A DNA stretch of 62,057 nucleotides, filler included, from Stramenopiles sp. TOSAG23-3 (lineage: Eukaryota), in assembly GCA_900128585.1 (NCBI GenBank). It is 24 parts of 24 records of this genome, joined end to end, with 100 filler letters (N's around TTAATTAATTAA, not from the genome) between each part and the next. Parts side by side here need not be neighbours in the genome. Positions count along the whole stretch, not along the records: positions 20,821 to 23,318 come from LT644777.1; positions 23,419 to 25,916 come from LT644778.1; positions 26,017 to 28,510 come from LT644779.1; positions 28,611 to 31,102 come from LT644780.1; positions 31,203 to 33,693 come from LT644781.1; positions 33,794 to 36,281 come from LT644782.1; 18 more parts are not named here. One strand, 5' to 3'. Each line of letters begins with the position of its first letter. Within the stretch, counting starts at the first letter, position 1. This document shows, one piece after another, positions 23,113 to 35,785 of the stretch. The position numbers were made by a program, and so were the translations under genes. The notes below the pieces were generated by a model. That model was given only the letters and a program-made list of their open reading frames with translations, made no database searches and was not told where the DNA came from.

Positions 23113-23137
23113 AAATAACAGCCAAATTTTTCTTGTT
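23113..23137 (-). repeat. Dispersed 3'-associated repeat fragment
   Basis: Reverse complement reads AACAAGAAAAATTTGGCTGTTATTT. Confidence 0.6.
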
Positions 23138-23906
23138 TAAAAAAAAAACACTTTTGTACTTGTCCGATTTTGTGTCCAGAGGGTCCAGAGGGGTGCGTAT
23201 GTGTGTGAACTTTTTTTAATTAAAAAACTAGCAGGGAGCTAGTGTTACATAAAATAACATTGAATAACATCTAAAATGACGAAAAAACTTATTATTTTAA
23301 CCAAAAAAAGTTCTCTTTNNNNNNNNNNNNNNNNNNNNNNNNNNNNNNNNNNNNNNNNNNNNTTAATTAATTAANNNNNNNNNNNNNNNNNNNNNNNNNN
23401 NNNNNNNNNNNNNNNNNNTTTACTAAGTACAATTTATATATCCCTTTAACATATACACAAGATATAATATAATTAGTATACGATAAAACATACCTATCAC
23501 GTTCCTCCACTCGCGTTGATAAAATCATCAAAAAAAATCATCAATTAAAAGTTTTGATCGATGCCGTACCCATAAAACATGTGACAATAGGTATAAATAG
23601 AAAAGGATGAACTTTGTGTCGTTTAAAAAGCTAATAGACGACTGATAGATCATACAAATATTATTAATAAAACTGTCTTCGTGTTTCTATCTGGTTTGAT
23701 CATATACATACATTTTTTTTTAAATAATAATTTAGCATTTTATATTTTACAACATCCATTTTTAATAATATATTTTAGTCGAAAGAACTAGTAAAACCAC
23801 CACGATATATAACCATTTCTCATAAAACAATATAGATAGAGTTAAACAAAAAAATAAAAGAAACGAAAAACAATATATCATCATCATCTCCCATTCCCCT
23901 CAAAAA

Positions 23907-24999
23907 ATGAACAATACAAACGAACCCCAGCGTAATAATAATACGGAACAACAACAATCACCATCAACACGAAAAGAAGAACGTGATATATTTCATAAAC
24001 CAGCTGGTGATGTTGGAGAAGTTACAGCTAATTACAACGCAATAGAAAATGAAGAAATAAACGACTTGAAAAATGAATTAATACATATAGAAAATGCAGA
24101 GACAAAATTCGAGAAAGAACAGATAGATAGAGCAAACGAAGAGAGCAAACGACGCGCACGCAACCGCAAAGAACAAATGAAAGGTAGACTAGCAAGACAA
24201 AATATACGTTTAGATACACAACATGAACAATTATTTAAAGATATAAGTTTTCAAGACCAAGATTTATATTTATATGAACGTATATTATGTCCAGGTGATA
24301 CATTATTGCAATTTTTAGCACCAATGGATAGTTTTGATGCAGAGCCACCACATGTTCCAAGTCATAAATTAGCATCCACTGGTACGAACGGTCGTGTTAA
24401 TTTAAAACGTTTACGTATGTGGATGCCTGATACAGTTGTATTTTGTGGTGCCGATGGCCCATTTTGGTTATTTTCCCATCGAGATGGGTTATTATATCGA
24501 ACGAAAGATTTTCCATCTGATTTAGTCATCTCACGTATTGGTTCTAGAAAATATCCAGAAGATTTAATTGCTGTATATAAACAAACACAGTTTACACCAT
24601 CAAATAAACAAATTGTCATTACAGCACATGAACCACAAAAATATGAAGCAAATGGTAATCATACCAAAATTATCAATACAAATGAAATGGAAACATTAAT
24701 TGCATCAGCAAAAGAAGATAAAGGAAATAGTTTATCAATATTACAACGATATTTAAAACCAAAAGGTTCACAAGCAAATGTGTTCCGTTGTTGTATACGT
24801 AGAGGGCAACAACCACAAGGTTGGGCAATTACAAATATTGCTAGATTTGAGGAAGAATTTAAAACAAAACCGGGTGAAATTATTACACCAGAACAATTAA
24901 CAGAACGTTTTTGTACAAATGCAAAAGATAGACATTTAACTCGTATATTTCCAATGCAACAATTAGCATTGGAACCATTAGTTGGTAAGTTTATATTAT

Positions 25000-25036
<37 letters not shown>

Positions 25037-25916
25037 TCTCTCTCTTCTATCTACATATCTATATGTATACGTAATATATTTTTGTATAAAATGTATATAT
25101 ATATATCGTATTCACCTAAGACATATATATATACACACATATACAATCGTACCCAATACTAACAAAAAAAAAAAAACCAAAAACTACATACTCAAACCCT
25201 TAGCATTAACGAGTCGTACGGCTGGACATTTAGAAAGACAAATAAGACGTGCATTTGATACATTTGTATGTGATTTTATTAAAGATGAAAGTAATGAATA
25301 TTGGTTAACCCAAATCAAAGGCTATAAATTAACGGATGCATATTTACATCGTCCATTTAAATTAAATAGACGACAACAACGTAGATTTTTACATACAAAA
25401 AGTTTATATACATACAATGCTTCTTCCATGGAAGAATCCAGTACTGATGCGTCTAATGCAATGAATAAAAGTAGAGATCGTGGAAATAGTATTATATCAA
25501 CACAAAGTGGTGGTGATAATGGTCTTGGTGGAAGTAGCAAAATGGGCAGCAGCAGTAGCATTAGTAGTAAAAAATTAGATACATCCAATATCTTACGATG
25601 TGTGAAATGTCGTTTTTGTGATTTGGATTTTGAAAGTTCACAATTACCATATAAAATGACATTAAAAATGATTAAAGATACACAACGTAGGCTGCAATTA
25701 CGAATCTCACGACCACGTTTTGTTGCATTATTTGGTGATAAAAAAGTGAAAAAAAATGCCAATCGACGAAGTAGTTCAGATCGTACGAATTTATATAGAG
25801 CATATGATGTTTGCAAAGAATGTTATAAATTGTATCAAAGTGATGTGAAATTGCAAGTATTACAATCGAAATTCTCTGCAGCATTAGGAATTCCAGTATT
25901 AAAAGAAAGCAATGTT
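23907..25916 (+). CDS. AT-rich hypothetical protein with one intron (24985-25203), 3' truncated
   Basis: Long ORF with strongly A/T-ending codons and two C-terminal CxxC pairs (CRFC, CKEC). Confidence 0.8.
24985..25203 (+). other. Spliceosomal intron, 219 nt, stop-free and in frame
   Basis: GTAAGT donor, (CT)n and (AT)n repeats, TACTAAC at 25157-25163, CCCTTAG acceptor. Splicing gives EPLV-A-LTSR. Confidence 0.9.
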
Positions 25917-26016
25917 NNNNNNNNNNNNNNNNNNNNNNNNNNNNNNNNNNNNNNNNNNNNTTAATTAATTAANNNNNNNNNNNNNNNNNNNNNNNNNNNN
26001 NNNNNNNNNNNNNNNN

Positions 26017-27332
26017 ACAAGAGTACGCCTGGAAGAATTCCACACGCGAAGGCTTCCGTCCACGCCACCGTTGAACAGCAACGGGACAGGGCCGCCGACA
26101 CAAACGCACGACGCGTAGACTGTATCGGCGTGCATTTCTGCGTGAAGTATTGTTACGGTGTCCTCGGGCCCAAGATCGGCATCTTCGTCCTCGTCCGTGT
26201 TCCCAAGGGGAAGGGACAGGATCAGCCCGCCAGAGGTACCCAGAACCAACGTAGAGAATTTTGGGGTCACCGAGCATGCCACGGGCTGCAAGTCTTGGAC
26301 GGCGAGGGGGCTTCTCGCGCCCGAGTCATCGACGCCCGTAAATACTGAATTGTAGCTCCCAACTTCCAATGGATCCCGCTCCCGATCTACCTCTAGAGTC
26401 GTCGGGGACATCCACCGGATCTGCGAGTCTGCGTACCCTGCAATCAAGTACTCCCGAGTCAGCACCAACATGTCCGCGCCAACCTTAATCGCGGAGTCCT
26501 CTGCGCCCGTATCCGAATCCAAAAACACTGGGGCTGCCACCGCGGACGATTCCCCAGTTTTGTGCGAAAATAAAGCGACTGTACCCGACCTGGACGATGC
26601 GTACACCTGGTTGTCTTTTCCCCAGCAATGGCACGAGAAGCTTTTTCTGGGGCCTTGCACGTCCTCGGGTTTCTCGGGCGCTTTCTCCTTCGGGGCAGCG
26701 TCGTCTTCGTCTTCCTCGTCTTCGCTGTCCAGCTCGTCCAGCTCATCCTCTTCGACGGGCGGGAGGGCTTCGATGAACGTAAGCGTTATCTCATCGATGT
26801 GCTTCGATATTGTGTAGAAGAACATTCCTTTCTCTCCCCCAACCACAACCTTGGTGTCATCCAACGGGTTGAAGCTGACAAAGTTGCAGGGCTGCGGCAG
26901 CTTCCCGGTGACCACCGTGTTCCCGGTGAGTACGTCCCAAATGGTGAACGTGTAGTCTGGGAGTCCACCGATGGCCGCTAGGTACTTTCCGTTCCTGGAA
27001 AAGGCTACGTCGGAGTACGACAGCTTCGTGTCGGACTTGAAGGTCCTCTCTAAACGTTTTCCTGGGTACGTGTACACCAAAACGGTCGGCTCGGAGCCGC
27101 ATGGGGCAATCGCGAGCTGCTTCGACTCGGAGCAGAAAGCAAACGCAGATAAGCCACTCTTGCGCCCGTTCGGCTCGTGCTCATTCCACAAGAAAGAATT
27201 TGATCCAGATGACAGTGATAGTATACGAACGCCGTTTCCACTTACGTGCGCGACATTGTCTTCATCCAAGGCAATTATTTTTCCACCGCCATACGAGTAG
27301 CAGCTTTCGACGTTTGCACTCTGGACCTCCAT
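26017..27332 (-). CDS. CFAP43: Cilia/flagella-associated WD40 protein, CFAP43-like N-terminus (3' truncated)
   Basis: PTVLVYTYPG...YSDVAFSRNGKYLAAIGGLPDYTFTIWD, FVSFNP. CFAP44 is not excluded. Confidence 0.7.
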
Positions 27333-28634
27333 CGTCAACGTACGACCTGTTCGTTCTTACGCTAACTAAGTGTAACAACAGAAAACTGTGTATACAAACG
27401 AATCGACAATATTTATGATAATGCGCTCGTTCAAACACTTATGTGTTGATGTTTAATCAACTTACTCTGTATACATTATCATTCTTTCCAATCTTCTTTT
27501 ACGTTAAGTTAGGAATGTGATTATGACAATAATAACTTTCTCAATAAAAATTTATTTATTATTATAATATTATATTTTTTTATTATTATTATTTTTTTTC
27601 TTCTTCTTTTCTTCTTCTTTCTTCTCCACCTCCTATTTCAATACGTAGTACTGTAAAAAATAACCTCTTCATTATTTCCGTTGTGTTCTGCCTGTATAAT
27701 ATTTAAATTAAAAGCTTCTTCTTCATTCTTCATTCAAGAAATATGAAGAAAGAGAAATGAAAAAAAAAAAATGAGTTGAGTAACGACAATTAAATCTCAT
27801 TTTTTAATTATTACCGTTTCCGCTACGAAGAAGAGTCGTTATTTTTTTATTTATTTTTATATGATCATAGCATCAAAATCATTCTTTTCGTTTGATTGCA
27901 TAGCAAATAAAAAAAAGAAAAAGAAGCAGAAAGTGAAAAACGCTTAATTCTTTCACCTCATTGTATATAGTTATGTTATTACATGGACGACTAGTCTAAT
28001 TTATATTATAATTATAAAATATGGAATCCACAAAGGTTGAAACATCAAATAGCATTGGGAAAGGAAAGAGAACAGAGAAGCAGCACCACTTTTAAAAAAG
28101 GACTCATCATACGCGAGTCACAGAAATCCTCCTTCTTCGCCTTATTTTTCTTTTCTTTAGAACGACGTATAACTACTGTAATTACTGTTGCTTATCCACT
28201 TTAAAAATAAAGAAAACTATCCTCGTACAGAAGAAGATTGATTTCGATATTCCTTTTTTATAGTTAATATTAGACTACGTAGTACGTAGTTATTAAATGT
28301 CAGTAGAACACAAATACACTCTTACAGCGTCGTTAGTTCAACGTTTAAAAAAAAACGGAAGAAAGGAAGAAAGAGAAGTAATTAAAAAAGTGGAAGAAAG
28401 AGATGAAATCATGCTGAATGAAGCAAGCACACAGGGAGAGAGAGAGGGAGGGAGGGAGGGAGGGAGGGAGGAGGATTAATCGGGCAGGCAGCAAAAGGCA
28501 AAAAGAAAGANNNNNNNNNNNNNNNNNNNNNNNNNNNNNNNNNNNNNNNNNNNNTTAATTAATTAANNNNNNNNNNNNNNNNNNNNNNNNNNNNNNNNNN
28601 NNNNNNNNNNTAGAAGTTTAATTATTATCAAATA

Positions 28635-28832
28635 CTATAAATAACAGCCAGTTTTTAATATTTTCCACCCTGGGTTGGGGGCGAGGGTTTGCCAGTCATA
28701 AGAATCTATCACCTGTCCGTTTTCTTCTTTAAGTAGAACCCCAGAGTTAAACACAATTGCACACGTTGGTCTTTTAAAAACCATTATCGTTTTACGTAAC
28801 CACCAGTGATTTAAAACACTTTTTCTTAACAT
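28635..28832 (-). CDS. Small AT-rich orphan ORF (65 aa)
   Basis: ATG ORF of normal complexity. Its last codons are supplied by the AAAACTGGCTGTTATTTA repeat motif. Confidence 0.35.
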   Translation of the reverse strand: MLRKSVLNHWWLRKTIMVFKRPTCAIVFNSGVLLKEENGQVIDSYDWQTLAPNPGWKILKTGCYL

Positions 28833-28989
28833 TGTCGATGTTTTCTTATCGTATATATATTAAAGCATACTAGATATAATTTGTTTTTTTGTATACACAG
28901 GTTTAAATCTTGTTAAGTTTCTGAGTAAATGGATAAAACATTTTAAAACTTTAAACGGCTCGGCTTACACCTCTCCCTGGCGAAGAGAA

Positions 28990-29929
28990 TCATTCATCTT
29001 TTTTCTTATCCTTTCCTTCCTCATTGTCTGGATCCGCTCCTCCTCCCCCTTCGTATTCTTTTTCACCCTCTTCCTCAACGAGCACACCTTTCTCTCGAAG
29101 TATTTCTAAAAATTTGGTGTACAGCTCGGGGCCAGTTTTTTTTTGTCGTTTTTCGTTCCACGAGCACCTAAATAGCAAGATCCACTCGTTCGGGGGATCT
29201 ATTATAATTTTAATGCCCGGCGGTTCTCCTTCCCACACGCCCTTGTCGCTTTCATTCCACATAATCGTTGCAATCGATTTCCTTGTACCAACCCCTTTCC
29301 CAATCCCCCCTTTCGTGTCGCACGAGGTGAAAGATTCCAAAGAAGACAAGTACTCCTGCAGTTTGGCATTGTCAATTTTCTGGTTCGAAATTACAGAGTA
29401 ACTGCATGCGCCAAGGGTTTTGTCCAAAAGAAAGCTCATGAACTTAGTCAAAGCCCATAGCAAGAATAGCATCCATGCAATGCAGAGGCACCAGTAGAGG
29501 AATGGGTACTTCAACACCGGCATCACAAGTTCTGGCACCCATTTCAGAGTACCGTCTGCACAAGTCATCCGTGGCCGCCTTCCCTTCTTGGGATATGTTC
29601 ATCCATAGTCGACGCTGCCCCCCAGCAACAGAAACTTGGACGGAGATGGGGGCGTAGTCGAAGTCAAACACTTCGTTTACGATGCCTTCGAATACCAATA
29701 CCTGCAAAGGCACCTCCCGGATCCATGTCTCCTCCTCCTCTGGTGTCGTTGCACATTTTCCATACCTAGATATGAGATAAATGAGCTTCAAGTGGTTCTC
29801 GGTCATCTTCATCCTTATGATTCGGTTTTCATCTTGCTCTTTCCGAGTATAAAAGTGCTCGGCAGGATAGAAAACATACTCTTCATCGTCAACCTGTTCT
29901 AGCCTGGACAGTGCCATGTTGGTGTCCAT
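28990..29929 (-). pseudogene. Hypothetical membrane protein, N- and C-terminal parts joined out of frame near 29560
   Basis: Frame 1: WIREVPLQVLVFEGIV...DYAP...WMNISQEGKAATDDL. Frame 2: KWVPELVMP, a TM helix, WEGEPPGI and an acidic tail. Confidence 0.7.
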
Positions 29930-31203
29930 GGTGGGTGGTGCAAACAATCAGACCAAAACAAAACGGCCAGTAGCCAAAATTCCAATTCAAGTCCTCCTTT
30001 CTTTGATGCTTATATATTCCCAACAATCGTTTCTCCGTTCCTTTCCTTTCTCTCCTGCGATGCTTTCTTTCTTTCATCATCTTCTACCTAAAGATCTTCT
30101 TTCTCTTGCATAAACAGCTATAAAAATTACTCTCATTCTTTTCTTCTTCCTTTATATTTTTTAAATCTCTAATAATTTTTTAATATATCTCTCGCCCTCC
30201 TCATCTTCGATAATAGCTAATTACAACCTATAATTAAGGCTGGATGTATTTGCATAACTTCTTGATATCAAAAAATATTTTATACCACTTGATAATAATT
30301 ATATATTAATACAAAACAAAACAATATAATACATTTTCTTCCGTAAAATTAAAATACATTATCTCCTTAATCAACAAAGTGACAATTTTTGGTTTAATCC
30401 GTTGGGTGGATGGTTCATAGTTCTTCGTAGCCTCGTAGACGACTAATAATTATTGGTTAAATTAGTCTAGTCTAGTCTACGAGGAGTCTCGTCTAAAATA
30501 TTATATAATAAAATATTATTTTAACGATATTCTTCCTTTTTTATAATAATTATAATAATAACAACACACACCGTATTTATTTTTTATATTTATTAAAATA
30601 TGAGTGGAATGAATGAATATGAGTGAATGAATGAATGAATATGAGTGAATGACCTCGATATGAGATTTACTTATAATTATATCACCTACAAGTATTCCTA
30701 TATATATTCTAGTCGTCTATCAATATCGCTCCTCCTCCCTCTTAAATTCCTCTTCTTCTTCTCTTGCTTCAATATAGATATTATTATATTATGATATAGA
30801 TACAGTATATAAATTTATATTTTATTAATTAATAATAGAAGTAGAGAGGATAATAATATTAATAATAATAAATAATAAAATAATTTTATTCTTCTTTTTC
30901 TTCAACGATGATGATTATATATAATGATGTAGACGACTATTATTATTAATTAGTTAAAAAAAGAAAACGATCGAATGAGTATAGTAGCTTTACAGTTAAA
31001 AGAAAAAAGATGAAAAATTGATTTGTCAAAGAAACAAGATTGCTCAGGGAGTGTGAATCACAACGCATTGAAGACGAGCGTACATAGTAAGTTACGTACC
31101 ACNNNNNNNNNNNNNNNNNNNNNNNNNNNNNNNNNNNNNNNNNNNNTTAATTAATTAANNNNNNNNNNNNNNNNNNNNNNNNNNNNNNNNNNNNNNNNNN
31201 NNC

Positions 31204-31782
31204 CAGGCCGATGGCGGCATTGTCGACCAGGGGTCAACGAGCATGCCGATCAACCCAGCGGGGTTCAAGATTCACTCTGCCATCCACACGAGCGTGCGCG
31301 GCAGACACGGGGGCGATATTTTGTGGACAATGCACACGCACACTACCGAAACAGTCGCCGTGGCCTCCCTTAACGACGGCCTTATCCGCGGGCTTTCCCA
31401 GTACGCAATGGATTTGGGCGCGATCAGCTACCACGATTTTGAACACGCCACATCGGGCACTGATGTCTGCAAGCGCTTGGTGCAAGACCTGGGCCCCACG
31501 AATAAAGTCTTGTTGTTGCGGAACCATGGAAACATTACTGTTGGAGGGTCTGTTCATGAAGCTTTCTTTTTAATGTACCAACTGATTGAAGCGTGCAAAG
31601 TCCAAGTCCAAGTTATTGCAAATGTCGGAACGGCAGGGTATGCTGTCGTCCCAGACAACATTGTCGAAGAGACGTACAGAATAGTCCAAGCCAATTATAC
31701 AGGGGAACCGTTCGGGAAATTGGAATGGCGCGCAATGAAGCATAAAATGGAAAGAGAACAAGGGCTGGGGTACCAACAGTAG
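31204..31782 (+). CDS. Class II aldolase/adducin-family protein (5' truncated)
   Basis: INPAGFKIHSAIH, MHTHT, LLLRNHG, EAFFLMYQLIEACKVQV. Confidence 0.92.
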   Translation, partial: QADGGIVDQGSTSMPINPAGFKIHSAIHTSVRGRHGGDILWTMHTHTTETVAVASLNDGLIRGLSQYAMDLGAISYHDFEHATSGTDVCKRLVQDLGPTNKVLLLRNHGNITVGGSVHEAFFLMYQLIEACKVQVQVIANVGTAGYAVVPDNIVEETYRIVQANYTGEPFGKLEWRAMKHKMEREQGLGYQQ

Positions 31783-32464
31783 TAAAAGGGACCCATAATA
31801 AAGCATTTGCCCGTGCGGTTTATCGGTATGAAGGAAGTAAGCCGGTAAAAGTATATATTATATACTTTTAGCTTTCAGGGAATTTTAAGCGAACAACAAA
31901 CGAATCCATCCCCGCAAAGGAATAGCCAAAAAAAAAAATGAACCTCCTCCTCCGTCCATCCTCTAAATTAATAAGGAACTGATCCAAACATAATTTTTAA
32001 ATTATTATTCATTATATATTGTCTATCCTATTAATTATAAATGTTGTATGTGTATATTATATCTTAATACCTTAACGAAGGGAAAGAAGTCTTCATTCCT
32101 TCTTCGTTTTTTTGCAATCTCATACTATAACTATTACCAGTAGGACGCAGGACACACCACCCATTACCAGTTCTTTGTACGTAGGTTGATATATGATATA
32201 GCGACGGACGAAGAAGAAGAAAGAGAAGAAGACAAAAAAAAAAAAAAAAATTAATAATTTTTAATTCTCTTCATCACCGGATAATACTGACCGACGGAAG
32301 TTTGATTAATTTATATCCGTACACACAGATAATTGTATTTCTCCGTTACGAAGGAAGGGACAAAAGGAAAATGTCACGTTTTTATAATAACCAGGCGTTG
32401 AACAAAAATACAAATCTGGAAGAATATTAGTCGTTACAGTTGGGTTTATTGTTTTTTTTTTGTG

Positions 32465-33361
32465 ATGGTGTTTCGGCGAGTAACCAACCAGTCATTTCTG
32501 TTGGTAGCGGTCGTTGCGCTGGTGTTTGGTAGTAGGAGCTTTTCCACCGTGGACGCCAGGAAAAAAAGGGGTAGTAGGCGAGCGCAAGATGCGGAGGATA
32601 ACGACTGGCCGCCTGTTCTTGAGGAGGGGACGTACTGCAAGTCTCAGGGGGAACAAAAGTTCGACCCCGTCCTTCCCGTTTTTAAAGCAAAGAAAGCCCC
32701 GAAGGAGACTACCATGTCGTTTTGCACACAGTTCAAGCACAATACGTGCTGCAACCGTAGCCACACGGACTGGGCATTGATACGGTCCCGGCAGGCGGCC
32801 GCCGCGCGCGTCAACCCTACGTGCAAGCAAATGATTGAGGTCGTAAGTTGCTCCCATTGCCACGCCGACGTCGGCAGAAAGCTTATCCAAGGCGTATGTA
32901 GGCCACTGTGCGATGCGTGGTTCAACGCATGCCGTGAAGAATTTTTCAGCAGCAGCGGTCTCTCGAAGCTGAGACCGTGCATGGATAGTGCATTGTTGTG
33001 CTCAAGGTTAGACGATATTGTGACGGACGGGGATGGCCTGTGTAAAAAGATGGGGTACGAAGTAGTGAATGTTGAAAGCACGGAGGATGGTGGGCGTAAG
33101 AAATGTTACGATGGTTCGGCCCCAGGCACCTACGGCGCGAAAGACCCAACGGCGATCAAATCGGTGTTCGAGCGCTACGAGACGGGCTACGACCAAAAGT
33201 ACAGCGTTTACGTGTTCAGCACGGCATGGGCCGTGCTCGCGCTTGCATTGGGCACGTTTTTGTGGAAGAAATTCGTAAGCAGCGAGGACGACGATTATTT
33301 TGACAACGACGATGACTTTTTTTCACCACCCCCAAAACACATGCAGAAAAAGGAAGAGTAA
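32465..33361 (+). CDS. Folate-receptor-family Cys-rich type I membrane protein
   Basis: Signal peptide, FCTQFKHNTCC, CSHCH, VCRPLCDAWFNACREEFF and a C-terminal TM helix. Confidence 0.85.
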   Translation: MVFRRVTNQSFLLVAVVALVFGSRSFSTVDARKKRGSRRAQDAEDNDWPPVLEEGTYCKSQGEQKFDPVLPVFKAKKAPKETTMSFCTQFKHNTCCNRSHTDWALIRSRQAAAARVNPTCKQMIEVVSCSHCHADVGRKLIQGVCRPLCDAWFNACREEFFSSSGLSKLRPCMDSALLCSRLDDIVTDGDGLCKKMGYEVVNVESTEDGGRKKCYDGSAPGTYGAKDPTAIKSVFERYETGYDQKYSVYVFSTAWAVLALALGTFLWKKFVSSEDDDYFDNDDDFFSPPPKHMQKKEE

Positions 33362-34312
33362 AAATACAAATAAATAGTTTATATAACCAGATTAATTTTT
33401 TTTTTTACTGTAGTAAGAATAAACAAGAAGAAAAAACATCCTCTCCTACCTCTTCTCCTTCCATATTAAATAATAAAAAAATAAAATTATAATTTTTTTT
33501 TCATAGTCATCATTTTTTCTCTTCTTCTTCTTTCTTCTTCAGGAAATAATGTACACTGGTATCTTTTTCTATATATTCCCTAATATAAACACTATATCAA
33601 CTTGACATCTTGTATGTCGTCTATATTTTTACACCTATATCTATTAATATATAAGTACATATAGTAGGTAGTTTATATACGACTACGTATCTANNNNNNN
33701 NNNNNNNNNNNNNNNNNNNNNNNNNNNNNNNNNNNNNTTAATTAATTAANNNNNNNNNNNNNNNNNNNNNNNNNNNNNNNNNNNNNNNNNNNNCAGGAAC
33801 CAAGAAGAAAAAGAAGAAAAATACCTGGTATTACCTGTACGAAATTATACAAACGAGAATCATCAACAACAACAACAAAAGTGGCGGTGTTGTCTAGTTT
33901 TTGTGTAACGCCTGAAGAGAATCGATTACATTGAATAGCATCAGGGGAAGAAGAAGGAAAAACCCTCGCGCAGCAGCAGCTAGGTAACAGTCTCATCACA
34001 TTACCAAGTATTACTTGATATTATTATTAGAACGACTAGTTTACCCCGCCCCCCACTACTGTACATTATTATACTAGAGTAGACTTCCTTCCAGATGATC
34101 TTCTACCAAAATTAAATAACTAATATTTTATACAAACAACTGGCAAACACTCTTCATTACAACTGCTTTGTTGAAATTGCATACACGTACATTGCGGGAA
34201 GCAAGAAAAGGGAATGGAAGCTTGTTTTAGGTAGTTTCGACTGTTTCAAAGAAAATCTCCAGTGCGTATTTAAAGTTTTTGCAGTGACCAGACTAAGCTA
34301 TTGAGTACCATC

Positions 34313-35785
34313 ATGCCGAAAATATCGTTTCCCAAGATGAGTCGGTCGGCACTGTTTCAGTCTGTTCAAACAGCGAACAATGCCCGAAATAGGATCAACC
34401 AAGAAATAGCTCAAAATGGTAACGCGAAGACACGGCTGCGTGGAGTGGTCCCCCATTTCACTAAAAACTTGGTTGGTAGATTGTATTCAGACGGCTCCCT
34501 GTATGCAGATAAACGGAGGAAAATTTTGGCCGAGAAGCGAAAGAAAAAGAGTGCCATTCGTGCAGCAAAAGAAGAGGCAATATTACAAAAAGAATTAGCA
34601 GAAGTTACAAGGTTAGGGAGGCAAATTAGTAAGCGGCAAGCTATAAAACGACGTGAGAAAAAGAGAAGAAGAAAGAAAGCTGCCCTATCCGTACAACGAA
34701 CATACCGTGGGTATCTTGGACGGCGGCTGGTTGCAGCAATTAAATCAGAAAGGGCCGCGGTCGTTGTACAAACGCTATTTCGGGGAAGCTCAACGAGGAA
34801 GAAATATACCAGTGGGATATACCGACACAGGAAAGACAGGCGATTTTTAAACACTATTTTTGATACGCACATGGCCAATGAACTGATTGACGGCGCCAAA
34901 CTCGAGCGGTCTGCTTTTATCATTCAGAGGGTAGCCAGAAAAAAGATCAGGAGGTTGCATGTAGCAAGAGAACTGCGTCGCAAAAGTGCCGTCCAGATTC
35001 AAAGAATTTGGAGAGGACACCAAGCGCAAGCGACTATCCACCAAGCAAGAATTCAAAACGATCGAGAGAGGTTAAAGACTGAGTTGTTTATCACTCAAAT
35101 CCGATCAAATTTGAGAGAAGCGTCAATCCATCATAAAACGAAAAGATTGAAAGATAAATCTAAGGAAATTAGCATGGAAGCACAATCGGGGGGGGGAACT
35201 TTTCGAAAGCGTAAAAATTCAACAAAAAAGCGAGCGAAACATATCTTGCAAGCTGCAAAGTCTAGTCGGGAAAATAAACCACAGCTGCCACCCTTGAAAC
35301 CAGACGAAATATCGTCTAGCATACTGTCCACAAGAGAGTACGTTTCAACGAGTCCAGGTTTGAAAGACGGCGTGGTAGAAACGTGCCCGAAGGTAATCAT
35401 TGACATGGCCCCTAAGTTCAGACTTGGCTCCAGCCCTGGAAAGGAAAATGCCTTGGCCTTGCCCAATACCCCTGACGGCAAGAAGAAACAATCGGGAGAA
35501 TCGATTGAAAGGCAAGGCTTCAGCGGCGACGAGGAGTATGAGGATGATTTTGAAATAGATGAAGAAGAGGAGTTGGCCAGCTTTCCCGCGAAATCAATGG
35601 AAATCCGTCCCACATCGCCTCCGATAATGACGGCGTACGGGCGCGCAATGTACAAGGAACCAGATGAATCTGGTCAGATTAGAGTTTCTCCTATTCGACC
35701 ACCTAAACTGTCGGAACGTAAACGTGAGCGGGCAAAACAGATAAGACCTGGCAGAACTATCAGGGTTGCAGGCCGTAGGTCATGA
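34313..35785 (+). CDS. IQ-motif (calmodulin-binding) protein
   Basis: VQRTYRGYLGR, VQTLFRGSSTR, IQRVARKKIRR, IQRIWRGHQAQ. Confidence 0.85.
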   Translation: MPKISFPKMSRSALFQSVQTANNARNRINQEIAQNGNAKTRLRGVVPHFTKNLVGRLYSDGSLYADKRRKILAEKRKKKSAIRAAKEEAILQKELAEVTRLGRQISKRQAIKRREKKRRRKKAALSVQRTYRGYLGRRLVAAIKSERAAVVVQTLFRGSSTRKKYTSGIYRHRKDRRFLNTIFDTHMANELIDGAKLERSAFIIQRVARKKIRRLHVARELRRKSAVQIQRIWRGHQAQATIHQARIQNDRERLKTELFITQIRSNLREASIHHKTKRLKDKSKEISMEAQSGGGTFRKRKNSTKKRAKHILQAAKSSRENKPQLPPLKPDEISSSILSTREYVSTSPGLKDGVVETCPKVIIDMAPKFRLGSSPGKENALALPNTPDGKKKQSGESIERQGFSGDEEYEDDFEIDEEEELASFPAKSMEIRPTSPPIMTAYGRAMYKEPDESGQIRVSPIRPPKLSERKRERAKQIRPGRTIRVAGRRS

